Below are positions 1-7,373 of a stretch of DNA of 64,000 bases, one piece after another. How positions within the stretch are numbered: the stretch's first letter is position 1; each line of letters begins with the position of its first letter. A program made the position numbers and the translations under genes. The notes beneath the pieces were generated by a model. The model did not search any database. It worked only from the letters and a program-made list of their open reading frames with translations, and had not been told where the DNA came from. The DNA lies in assembly GCA_964600285.1 (NCBI GenBank), contig CAZRIZ010000001.1:188-64187 (forward strand), in the 5' to 3' direction. The stretch comes from an uncultured Candidatus Saccharibacteria bacterium. GTDB taxonomy: Bacteria; Patescibacteriota; Saccharimonadia; Saccharimonadales; Saccharimonadaceae.

Positions 1-1072
1 CAGTTACCTTAGCTGAATCGCTCTTTGAGCCGTCTTTGGTGATAGCCTGAGCATAGTTGGTTATTTCTACCTTCTTACCGCAATCAAAGTCTTTGATCTT
101 GGCGCTGAAGAGAATGAACGCATTAGCTCCTGGAGCGTAATCACCGATGTTGATGCCAGTAGTTCCGATAGTGTCGCCAACGGCAGTTGGTTGTCCACCA
201 GTAACTTTATTGGCAACTTTTGTGCTACCTTTGACGTAAGTCAAACCTTCTGGCAAAACATCTTTGATGATGACGCCAGTTTGAGTGGTGTTACCAGTGT
301 TGGTGTAGGTTAGCTTAAAGTCAACCGTTTGGTTGTCAGTAGTGTTAACGTTCTCACCGAATTTCATTTCGCCAGTTTTTGAAACAACTTTAGCGATGGT
401 GAAATCAGGTTTGTTAGCCTTTTCGACAACGAAGTCGTAGGTAACGTATCCAGCAAATTGGTGACAACCTTGGACTTTACCGTCCAGAGCGTTGTAGCCG
501 ATAAGAGCACCGCTAGTCAAGAATTCACTTGAGTTCAGTTTCTTACCATTTACAGCACCTTTGCTGTAAATCTTGGCGCTATCTGATACATACTTTAGCG
601 CAACTTTTTCGGTTGAAGTAACTTTTACTTCATCCCAAACTGTCTTTGGGTTGGCATTGTCAGCCATAATTTTAGCTGAAATGTTTGTAGCGGTGTTTGC
701 CTCTACGACACTCGGTAATTGCGTGTTCATACGAGTGTTGGTGGCCACTAAGTTGTAGTTAGCGGCTGCGTTGTTGTGGTAATACACATAAACTGTGTAA
801 GTTTTACCTGCCACGATGTTGATATTATCAACATAAGTGCTGTTGTTAGCTCCGGCTTCTTTGATTTGTACGAAATTTCGTTCGTCGCCGTGAGCTGGGT
901 TGTTCGTAATTGAGTTGAAGACGATATAATCGGCTGGTTTCTCAATTGTGAAGGTGTTTCGGTTTGGTCCCCATGCATTTGAAACAATAGGTAGCAAACC
1001 GACCAAAACTAGCGAACCGGCTAGGATGGCCTTCTTTGGGTTGCGCATAATTGCGTTCCAAATTTTACTCAT
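1..1072 (-). CDS. Secreted surface protein with a DUF11-like repeat; the 3' end lies outside the window
   Basis: I translated this manually from the ATG at 1072-1070 (GAGGAG RBS upstream) and the frame stays open to position 1. The product begins MSKIWNAIMRNPKKAILAGSLVLVGLLPIVSNAWGPNRNTF..., which is a signal peptide or TM segment. Further on is ...TGNTTQTGVIIKDVLPEGLTYVKGS, a DUF11-type conserved-repeat motif. It is missing from the ORF track because its stop codon is off-window. Confidence 0.8.
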   Translation of the reverse strand, partial: MSKIWNAIMRNPKKAILAGSLVLVGLLPIVSNAWGPNRNTFTIEKPADYIVFNSITNNPAHGDERNFVQIKEAGANNSTYVDNINIVAGKTYTVYVYYHNNAAANYNLVATNTRMNTQLPSVVEANTATNISAKIMADNANPKTVWDEVKVTSTEKVALKYVSDSAKIYSKGAVNGKKLNSSEFLTSGALIGYNALDGKVQGCHQFAGYVTYDFVVEKANKPDFTIAKVVSKTGEMKFGENVNTTDNQTVDFKLTYTNTGNTTQTGVIIKDVLPEGLTYVKGSTKVANKVTGGQPTAVGDTIGTTGINIGDYAPGANAFILFSAKIKDFDCGKKVEITNYAQAITKDGSKSDSAKVT

Positions 1073-1215
1073 TTGTTTTCTCCTCTTGACATCTAGTGTT
1101 TCAAACACCGATGACCGTTATTAATATTGTTTGAGCGTCTTTATCTATTATAATTTTGTTCGTAACGACACTCTTCTCGTGAGGCAGTGGGTGACTTTCT
1201 CATTCGAATACTTTC

Positions 1216-1244
1216 ATTATACCACAAAAATATCTTTTTGTAAA
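1216..1244 (-). promoter_or_regulatory. Sigma70-like promoter for the surface-protein gene
   Basis: On the minus strand: TTTACA (1244-1239), a 17-nt spacer, then TATAAT (1221-1216). This implies a 5' leader of about 135 nt. Confidence 0.55.
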
Positions 1245-1265
1245 GACATAAACGTAATGATCTTA

Positions 1266-1290
1266 AATAGTTAGGTAATTTTAATCTAGG
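1266..1290. repeat. Left inverted repeat (IR-L): AATAGTTAGGTAATTTTAATCTAGG
   Basis: Read directly from the sequence. Its reverse complement, CCTAGATTAAAATTACCTAACTATT, matches 3854-3878 apart from 2 mismatches. Confidence 0.85.
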
Positions 1291-1294
1291 AATT

Positions 1295-1319
1295 GGGGTC
1301 GCTCACTAGGAGCGACCCC
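1295..1319 (-). terminator. Perfect 10-bp GC-rich hairpin downstream of the cassette genes
   Basis: GGGGTCGCTC-ACTAG-GAGCGACCCC lies 80 nt downstream of the stop at 1400. The trailing sequence on the minus strand is A/T-rich but is not a clean U-run. Confidence 0.5.
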
Positions 1320-1399
1320 GTTTAAGGTGCTGTGTCGATAGCTTTGCTTGTTGGCCCAAGCAGGCTTTTCGGCCGTTAACACGGGCGACCGTCTCAGAG

Positions 1400-2854
1400 T
1401 CAACCCCCCCAGGGGTCGGAGATGGGCTCATCACTGAGCCCGTCTAGCCCTGGTTCCACCGAGGGTGGTTCCAGGGGATAGGGCTCCGGCGCTGGAGGGC
1501 CAGGATCAATTACCTGGACGGTGGGCGCCGGAGTCGGCTTTGGCGTTACCGGTGCCGGGGTCGCAGGAACTGCGGTCGGCACAGCCGTTGGAGCCGGGGT
1601 CGCCGGCGGCGCAGTCACGGGGACTGCAGTCGCCGACGGGGGCTCCGTCGACGCCGGTTCCGAAGGCGGCGGGGCGGTGGGTTTACCTGTAGGGTGAACC
1701 CATTCGCCCGGATCGCTCGGCTTCGGTTCCGGCGTGGGCTTTGGCGTCGGCTCCGGAGTTGGCTCCGGAGTCGGCTCTGGGGTGGGGGTGGGGACGACAG
1801 GCGGTTTTTTCCGCTTGCAAGGATCTTCGGGGCGGATGATGTCCATCCCGTCGACCTTGATTCCGCCTTCCAACACAGTGGCTGGGTCGTTGGGGTCGGC
1901 GTAAAGCCGAACCACCAACTCCAGCCACTTGTCGGAGTCCAGGAACACTTCGACTGTCCCGTCCGGGAGCAGTCTAGTGTTCCAAGTGGTGGCGTGCCGG
2001 AAGACAGGGACTTCTTTTAAAGCTCCGTCTTCATAACCCCAACGGACTTCGATCTCCCTGCGGAGTTCGTCGTCCGTGCCGGGGTAGCACGCATTGCCGT
2101 GAATCGCTAGGAAGCGATTCAATGGCAGTCCGCCCGCAGTTAACTCAGCGACCGCATGGGCCACGAAGTCCTCGCGGGTCAGCTGGTGGAGCTCGTAAAG
2201 AGCATCCCACCAGGAGGGATTGTCCTCCTCAAAGGCCACTGCCAGTGCTTCGTTGGTGCTGTCGAAGGCCTGATTGTCGGACGAACTACGGAGTACATCA
2301 TCCCTGAAGTGGGAGATGTACTCCTGCTTGCCCGCCATTTTACTGACGGGCCAACCCTGCCGACTGAAGCCTGCGAAGGCTTCGGGATTGGAGTGGTCAC
2401 CTGACCAGTCTTCGTTAATGAAAACTGGCTCAGTCCACTCCCCGTTCAAGGTTACCCACGCCGCGGGTTGCGGGGTGGGAACTTGGGTCGGTACCACCGT
2501 TGGCGGTGCGGTCACAGGGACTGCGATCGCCGACTGCGGTTCCGCCTCGTCGGCCGGCACTGCCGGCGGTGGAGCTGGAGCCTTAGTGGGCTCCGGAGTT
2601 GCCGGTGCCGGGGTCGCGGGGACCTCGGTCGGCTTCGCCGTTGGAACCGGTGTCGGAACCTGAGTCGGTTCCGGAGTCGCCGGTGGTTCCGTTACTGGAA
2701 CCTCAGTCACCACGACTTCCGCCGTAGCTGTCGGGGCGTCCAGAAGCCAGTTCTGAAGAGCCGGCTTCCACACCCCAATTGTTGAGGTGGCTACCAAAAC
2801 GATAACCACCAGAACGAGTAATAACCATAGCACACCTTTTAAAAACTTTTTCAC
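1400..2854 (-). CDS. Hypothetical membrane-anchored protein with Pro/Thr/Glu/Ala-rich linkers (484 aa) in the GC-rich cassette
   Basis: GTG start at 2854 preceded by AGGAGGG. There is an N-terminal TM segment (GVLWLLLVLVVIVLVA). Long PT/PEPT low-complexity linkers flank a central domain of about 230 aa that I do not recognise. G+C is very high. Confidence 0.75.
   Translation of the reverse strand: MKKFLKGVLWLLLVLVVIVLVATSTIGVWKPALQNWLLDAPTATAEVVVTEVPVTEPPATPEPTQVPTPVPTAKPTEVPATPAPATPEPTKAPAPPPAVPADEAEPQSAIAVPVTAPPTVVPTQVPTPQPAAWVTLNGEWTEPVFINEDWSGDHSNPEAFAGFSRQGWPVSKMAGKQEYISHFRDDVLRSSSDNQAFDSTNEALAVAFEEDNPSWWDALYELHQLTREDFVAHAVAELTAGGLPLNRFLAIHGNACYPGTDDELRREIEVRWGYEDGALKEVPVFRHATTWNTRLLPDGTVEVFLDSDKWLELVVRLYADPNDPATVLEGGIKVDGMDIIRPEDPCKRKKPPVVPTPTPEPTPEPTPEPTPKPTPEPKPSDPGEWVHPTGKPTAPPPSEPASTEPPSATAVPVTAPPATPAPTAVPTAVPATPAPVTPKPTPAPTVQVIDPGPPAPEPYPLEPPSVEPGLDGLSDEPISDPWGG
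1737..1784. repeat. Four imperfect 12-nt tandem units encoding the (TPEP)n linker
   Basis: GGCTTTGGCGTC / GGCTCCGGAGTT / GGCTCCGGAGTC / GGCTCTGGGGTG. On the minus strand these encode ...PTPEPTPEPTPEPTPKPTPEP... Confidence 0.7.
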
Positions 2855-2875
2855 AGTTTTCCCTCCTATAGCCTA

Positions 2876-3775
2876 TCACCCGTGGATTGTGTCCAAGGGC
2901 GTGATGAAGGGCCGAACCAAATCGTCCCTTATTCTCAGTGCTCCTCCAAACGTGAAGAGTACGCTGAGGATGATGACCCAGCCGACAATCAGCCACCTGG
3001 CTGATTTGCTGAGCCGGGCCTTGGCAATTTTAATTGCCAAGAAAGTGCCCAACACTGAAAGGATGGCTCCTAACAGCATTGACACCCAATTGTGGGGAAG
3101 ATTTAGCTGCAGGTTGTTCGCCACACCATCGGCGTGGTCAAGCATCTGCCAGCTAGCCAACCCAACGCAAACTATCAGGATTGCGCTGGTTAGTCTAGTG
3201 GTGACGTCGATTTTGTCTCCGAGTTTCCTCAGAGACAGAAAACCGATCACCAAGCTCGCCACGACGACTGCGTAGCATGCCAGCACGGGCAAGATGCGCA
3301 TGCCGCCAAGGATACCAACGACAGTGACGAGAATTGCCACTATCAACAGTGCCCACTTCACCTTTTTCCAAAGACTTTTTTTAGCCTTTGGAGCCGGCGC
3401 CCCCTCTTCAGGAGGATGTGGGGCGAGGGGTGTCTCGGGAGCGGGCGGGGGAGGTGGCGTTAAAAGCACTAACTCCTGGTCACGCAACTCCCGAAGGAGT
3501 GTGAACACCGGGTCCGTCAACGGAACTCCAGCGTCCACTAGGCACTTTCGGGCACCGGGGTAACCGGCTCTGCCCGAGGGTCCTACCTTATCAGGGACGG
3601 GTTTACTTTCTCTGACGAGCACGGCCACCGCTTCTGCGCGCATTTGCGCACGAAGCTCGCCTGCCCGCCGACGGTCCTCCGCCGGAACAGTTGCCGTTAC
3701 CGGCACTGCGGGGTCGGGTGTTGTTGTCTCTGGGCTAACGCCCAGTAAGGGCCAAAGTTTCTTAAAAACAGCCAT
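2876..3775 (-). CDS. Hypothetical polytopic membrane protein (299 aa) in the GC-rich cassette
   Basis: ATG at 3775 preceded by AGGAGGG. The N-terminal part is soluble and Pro-rich (PPPPPAPETPLAPHPPEEGAPAP). It is followed by about 5-6 hydrophobic helices. I recognise no family. Confidence 0.7.
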   Translation of the reverse strand: MAVFKKLWPLLGVSPETTTPDPAVPVTATVPAEDRRRAGELRAQMRAEAVAVLVRESKPVPDKVGPSGRAGYPGARKCLVDAGVPLTDPVFTLLRELRDQELVLLTPPPPPAPETPLAPHPPEEGAPAPKAKKSLWKKVKWALLIVAILVTVVGILGGMRILPVLACYAVVVASLVIGFLSLRKLGDKIDVTTRLTSAILIVCVGLASWQMLDHADGVANNLQLNLPHNWVSMLLGAILSVLGTFLAIKIAKARLSKSARWLIVGWVIILSVLFTFGGALRIRDDLVRPFITPLDTIHG

Positions 3776-3853
3776 TTTTCCCTCCTGGGTTGACTATCCG
3801 GCCAAGGACAGCCAACAAAAATGTATTTTTTTGACCTGAGATTAGTCTAATTT

Positions 3854-3878
3854 CTTAGACTAAAATTACCTAACTATT
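3854..3878. repeat. Right inverted repeat (IR-R): CTTAGACTAAAATTACCTAACTATT
   Basis: Inverted copy of 1266-1290. Its inner end overlaps a local 7-bp hairpin, AGTCTAA-TTTC-TTAGACT (3844-3861). Confidence 0.85.
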
Positions 3879-3927
3879 AATTTTCACCTTGACTGGTCAC
3901 TCACCAGAGTGGGCCAAAGATAATTTA

Positions 3928-3956
3928 ATATTAGCATAATCAGATAAAAAAGTCAA
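3928..3956 (-). promoter_or_regulatory. Sigma70-like promoter reading into the cassette from outside IR-R
   Basis: On the minus strand: TTGACT (3956-3951), a 17-nt spacer, then TAATAT (3933-3928), preceded by an A-tract. The promoter lies in AT-rich DNA outside the inverted repeat. Confidence 0.5.
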
Positions 3957-4032
3957 TAGTTTTAACATCAAAACCGATAAATAACAATAAGCATTTTGAC
4001 TACCGTGGCACGGAGTAGTTCTATTTAATTTC

Positions 4033-4061
4033 TTGCGTTTAATGACAGTTTCCGTTATAAT
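4033..4061 (+). promoter_or_regulatory. Promoter of tRNA-Glu
   Basis: TTGCGT (4033-4038), 17 nt, TATAAT (4056-4061), about 20 nt upstream of the tRNA. Confidence 0.55.
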
Positions 4062-4082
4062 CGGTGCACATTTCTAGAAAAT

Positions 4083-4157
4083 GGTCCCATCGTCTAAAGG
4101 TTAGGACACCAGGTTTTCATCCTGGCAATCTGGGTTCGATTCCCGGTGGGATCACCA
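4083..4157 (+). tRNA. tRNA-Glu (anticodon UUC) with encoded CCA
   Basis: A cloverleaf can be folded by hand. The acceptor stem is GGTCCCA/TGGGATC. The anticodon stem is CCAGG/CCTGG with loop TTTTCAT, giving anticodon TTC. The T-arm is GGTTCGATTCC and the 3' end is ACCA. Confidence 0.95.
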
Positions 4158-4167
4158 TACTGAAATG

Positions 4168-4192
4168 GAGGACTCTTCGGGGTCTTCTTTTG
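4168..4192 (+). terminator. Intrinsic terminator after tRNA-Glu
   Basis: An 8-bp stem (GAGGACTC/GGGTCTTC, with G-U pairs) closes a UUCG loop and is followed by TTTTGTT. Confidence 0.7.
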
Positions 4193-4306
4193 TTGTCGCT
4201 AACTTGTAAAAACAAAATCGCTTCACTTGTCACAGAGAGATTGACTATTTCTTTAAATAAACAACACATTAACCAATAAAGTCTCGGCTGAATTTTAATT
4301 AACCTT

Positions 4307-4609
4307 TTACCATTCCTCTTTATATTTTCGTTCGCTTTCTCCAGAAATTCTAATTGCTTTGCCGTTAACTAAAGCTTCTGACACCTTTTTGTTGGCGCAA
4401 GTTAAGATTCGTTGAAAAGTGCTTTGTGAAGTCCTCATTGTCTTAGCGGCACTTACTTGGTCTAAACCTTGAATATTCTTCAACCTCAAAGATTCTAGCT
4501 CCTCATCGGTTAGCTCAATAACCTCAAGTTCTCTCATTGGGATTCCTTGAGGTTTAAAAAACCTCACCTCCGGCTCAAAACCTATGCGTCTGCATTTTCT
4601 TGGTCTCAT
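4307..4609 (-). CDS. DUF134 (UPF0251) family predicted DNA-binding protein
   Basis: MRPRKCRRIGFEPEVRFFKPQGIPMRELEVIELTDEELESLRLKNIQGLDQVSAAKTMRTSQSTFQRIL...NGKAIRI matches the DUF134 signature along its whole length (PRKCRR...F.P.G......L..EE.E..RL.D..GL.Q...A..M.VS..T..R.L). Confidence 0.85.
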   Translation of the reverse strand: MRPRKCRRIGFEPEVRFFKPQGIPMRELEVIELTDEELESLRLKNIQGLDQVSAAKTMRTSQSTFQRILTCANKKVSEALVNGKAIRISGESERKYKEEW

Positions 4610-4668
4610 TAAAAATCTCTTGTCATTCGTTAGCTTATATTCTGCAAGGCATTTTTTGTGGATAGCTG

Positions 4669-4902
4669 TTAGCGAGGGCGACCTTCCTGTTCGGTCGCTT
4701 TAGCCAACCGTTCTTTGGCGATTTTTAGGCTAGTTTCAAGATTCTGGATATCCTCTTCCAGGATTTCTTTCTCCTCGCTGCGAGCGTAGGGTTTACAACC
4801 ACAATACTCGCATCTAGCGCCGTAGCCTTGGTTGCATCGTCCTATACCTCGACCAGTTCGTGGGCCCTGTCCCTGAGGACCTGTTTGATCTAAGTTTGGC
4901 AT
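4669..4902 (-). CDS. DUF5320 family protein
   Basis: It has the typical DUF5320 N-terminus (MPNLDQTGPQGQGPRTGRGIGRC), a Cys cluster (C-x8-C-x2-C-x-C) and a C-terminal coiled coil. An AGGAG RBS lies upstream. Confidence 0.8.
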   Translation of the reverse strand: MPNLDQTGPQGQGPRTGRGIGRCNQGYGARCEYCGCKPYARSEEKEILEEDIQNLETSLKIAKERLAKATEQEGRPR

Positions 4903-4920
4903 TTATATAATCTCCTCTCT

Positions 4921-4958
4921 TATATTATGAGTATATACCCATAATATAATGGTGTCAA
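4921..4958 (-). promoter_or_regulatory. Promoter of the DUF5320/DUF134 pair, overlapped by a 28-bp near-perfect palindrome (candidate operator)
   Basis: On the minus strand: TTGACA (4958-4953), 17 nt, TATACT (4935-4930). The palindrome TATATTATGAGTATATACCCATAATATA (4921-4948) is self-complementary at 26/28 positions and covers the -10 box and the start site. Confidence 0.6.
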
Positions 4959-5085
4959 CTTTAGGTAGTGGGGAGTTTTTATGTATTTTAGCTATCTTAT
5001 TTTCGTACTTTTCTGAGTAGCACCTGTCTTTATCGAGGATATTGATTGGCTTATTTGTCATATGCTCTTGTGCTATAATTTAAGC

Positions 5086-5859
5086 ATGGAGATAGATAAA
5101 TTTCTTGATTTTAAAGGTAGGTCAGTGCTAATTACGGGGGCCGCTTCAGGAATCGGGAAAGAGGCTGCTTTATTATTTTCTCAACTAGGAGCCAGTGTCG
5201 TTCTAATTGACTTGGACCAGAGTGGTCTGGATTTAGCGACCAAGCTTTGCGGAGAAGGTTCGCGTGGCTACCGACTCGATCTGTCAAAAAAGCAAGAGAT
5301 TGACAAATTTTGGAGTAACTTAGACGCCGTACCAGATATTATAATCAACAATGCTGGCGTTTATCCCTTTATCAAATTCGAAGAGCTTGATGAAAAAACT
5401 CTAGATAAGGTGCTTAATGTGAATTTAAACTCTATGTTTTGGATGTGCCAAGAGTTTATCAAAAGGAAGAAAAAGCGGGGGATTATCATTAATGTCTCCT
5501 CGATAGAGGCTATTCTGCCCTTTAAGAGAAATATGTCGCACTATACCGCGCCAAAAGCGGGTGTGATTGCCCTGACTAGAGGACTCGCGCATGACTATGC
5601 TCGCAAGGGTTTTCGTGCGAATGTGATACTACCGGGAGCAATTAAAACGCCGACAACCAGAAAACTAATTGGGAAAGCGATTAAGACTGTTAGCTTCGAG
5701 TTAATGAAGGTCGGTTATGATTTCGGGACTCGTTTGCCAGAAGGAAGATGGGGAAGACCAGAGGAAGTTGCGAAGGCAATGGTCTTCCTTGCAAGTGACC
5801 TGTCGAGCTATATCAACGGTGCTGTTTTGCCGGTTGATGGCGGATTCTTGTCTTCATAG
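5086..5859 (+). CDS. Short-chain dehydrogenase/reductase (SDR) family oxidoreductase
   Basis: It has the TGAASGIG Rossmann motif, NNAG, and the S...YTAPK catalytic motif. I prefer the ATG at 5086 because an extended -10 (TGcTATAAT, 5071-5079) lies 6 nt upstream. The ATG at 5062 is also possible. Confidence 0.9.
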   Translation: MEIDKFLDFKGRSVLITGAASGIGKEAALLFSQLGASVVLIDLDQSGLDLATKLCGEGSRGYRLDLSKKQEIDKFWSNLDAVPDIIINNAGVYPFIKFEELDEKTLDKVLNVNLNSMFWMCQEFIKRKKKRGIIINVSSIEAILPFKRNMSHYTAPKAGVIALTRGLAHDYARKGFRANVILPGAIKTPTTRKLIGKAIKTVSFELMKVGYDFGTRLPEGRWGRPEEVAKAMVFLASDLSSYINGAVLPVDGGFLSS

Positions 5860-5926
5860 CTGGGGCGCGGCTTTGACGCTGAAATCTTTCCAAACCATAG
5901 CTTATCTGATAAAATATGTAAAATAT

Positions 5927-7354
5927 ATGATAAAACCAGAATTCAAGCGGACCAAAATACTAGCAACGATTGGTCCATCGACAAATAGCTACGAAAAAAT
6001 TGAACAGTTGCTCAAAGCCGGCGTTAATGGTTGTCGCCTAAATTTCAGCCATGGAGATTTTGAAGAGCGTCGTCAACAGATTGCCTGGATTCGTAAAGCA
6101 TCTGAAAAACTCGGTAAACCAGTGGCGATTTTGCAGGATTTACAAGGGCCAAAGATTCGCTTAGGAATATTTAACGATGACCAACCATTCTCCGTTAAGG
6201 CGGGCGATGAACTGATATTAGATTCTGAGGGTGAATTTAACGGTAAAGATGTTATTCCAGTACAGTATAATCTGGCTGATAAAACCAAGGTAGGCGAGGC
6301 TATTTATATTTTTGACGGTAAGGTTAAATCAGAGGTAGTTGAAATTGTATCTGATACAGCTGTTAGAATTAATATTCAAAATGACGGTATTATTCGTCAG
6401 AAAAAAGGCTTGAATCTGCCAGATACAGATATGGCCGGGGACATTTTAACTGAAAAAGATTTGAAAGATATCGAGTTTGGCGCTACGCAAGATTTGGATT
6501 ATGTGGCGCTATCTTTTGTGCAATCAGCTGAAGATATCCATAATTTACGCCAGCTTTTATTGTCTCATAACTCTGACGCACAGATTGTGGCTAAAATCGA
6601 GACTAAACACGCTATTTCTGAAGAAAATCTTGAAGAAATTGTTTTGGCTAGCGACGCTATTATGGTGGCGCGTGGCGACTTAGCGGTCGAGGTTGGTGCT
6701 GAAGTTGTGCCAGTGATACAGCAGGATTTAGTGGATTTGTGCCGCAAACATGGCAAGTTAGTCATAATTGCTACTCAGATGATGATTAGCATGGTAGAAA
6801 ATCCTGAGCCAACTCGGTCAGAGGTGTCGGACGTGGCTCATGCAGTTATGCAGGGTGCTGATGCGGTTATGCTATCAGATGAGTCAGCCAATGGTAAATA
6901 TCCGATCGAAACTGTTATGGCGATGAAAAAGGTTATTTTGTACAGTCAGACTCACTCGAGAGTGCGCTGTCCAGCTCTAGAGATTAATGAAGCCACTCAA
7001 CAGATTGACGTAATTGCTTCTTCAGCGGTAGAAATTGCTGAAGTTTTAGATGTGCCTGCTATTGTGGTAGGAACGCGCACTGGCCTAACTGCTACGCGAG
7101 TTTCAGCACATCGTCCCAACCGAGTGATTTTGAGCGTGACTGAAAACCGACGAGTGGCTCAACAGCTAGCCCTATCGTTTGCTAACCAGAGCTATATTCG
7201 CCCTGACACACCAAATATGTGCTTAGATTTAGTTAAAGAGTTAAAGAATCTGGGTCGATTTGGCGAGGTTGATAAAATTAAAGTGGTCGCAACTAGTGGC
7301 TCACAAATTGTCGGACAAGGCGCAACTGATACGATTAGTGTTCGAGATATTTAA
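5927..7354 (+). CDS. pyk: Pyruvate kinase
   Basis: MIKPEFKRTKILATIGPST...NFSHGD...LQDLQGPKIRLG...MVARGDLAVE. The track ORF beginning at 5717 is an out-of-gene extension that overlaps the SDR gene. Confidence 0.95.
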   Translation: MIKPEFKRTKILATIGPSTNSYEKIEQLLKAGVNGCRLNFSHGDFEERRQQIAWIRKASEKLGKPVAILQDLQGPKIRLGIFNDDQPFSVKAGDELILDSEGEFNGKDVIPVQYNLADKTKVGEAIYIFDGKVKSEVVEIVSDTAVRINIQNDGIIRQKKGLNLPDTDMAGDILTEKDLKDIEFGATQDLDYVALSFVQSAEDIHNLRQLLLSHNSDAQIVAKIETKHAISEENLEEIVLASDAIMVARGDLAVEVGAEVVPVIQQDLVDLCRKHGKLVIIATQMMISMVENPEPTRSEVSDVAHAVMQGADAVMLSDESANGKYPIETVMAMKKVILYSQTHSRVRCPALEINEATQQIDVIASSAVEIAEVLDVPAIVVGTRTGLTATRVSAHRPNRVILSVTENRRVAQQLALSFANQSYIRPDTPNMCLDLVKELKNLGRFGEVDKIKVVATSGSQIVGQGATDTISVRDI

Positions 7355-7373
7355 TAAAAGGGAGGTTGGGGGA

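Larger units (their letters stand above)
1266..3878. mobile_element. GC-rich two-gene cassette bounded by 25-bp imperfect inverted repeats; candidate non-autonomous mobile or invertible cassette
   Basis: The reverse complement of 1266-1290 matches 3854-3878 at 23/25 positions, with an 18-nt perfect core (TAAAATTACCTAACTATT). The interior is far more GC-rich than the flanks. No transposase or recombinase ORF lies inside or nearby. Confidence 0.5.

Noticed and set aside
1465-3563. Numerous overlapping and antisense ORFs from the track lie inside the GC-rich cassette, for example 1465-1692, 1683-1928, 1694-2020, 2156-2404, 2274-2663, 2468-2785, 2787-3275 and 3294-3563.
   Set aside because: High G+C depletes stop codons in every frame, so long spurious ORFs are expected. 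Only the two minus-strand ORFs (1400-2854 and 2876-3775) have RBSs, TM and linker architecture, and tile the region without overlapping.
3844-3861. The local hairpin AGTCTAA-TTTC-TTAGACT, considered as a terminator or an independent element.
   Set aside because: It has a 7-bp AT-rich stem with no U-run, and it overlaps the inner end of IR-R. It is better treated as part of the inverted-repeat end than as a separate feature.
4064-4279. Track ORFs that overlap tRNA genes (4064-4279, 42601-42807, 44905-45117 and 45927-46115).
   Set aside because: They run through tRNA and terminator sequences, have no RBS, and their translations are low-quality. They are artefacts of ORF calling.
5717-5926. Long N-terminal extensions offered by the ORF track for pyk (5717), pgk (7260), SDR (5062), 20366, 22234, 36446, 43308 and typA (49109).
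   Set aside because: The extensions overlap upstream genes or promoters and add non-homologous residues ahead of canonical N-termini. The internal ATGs I chose have an RBS or a correctly spaced -10 box.
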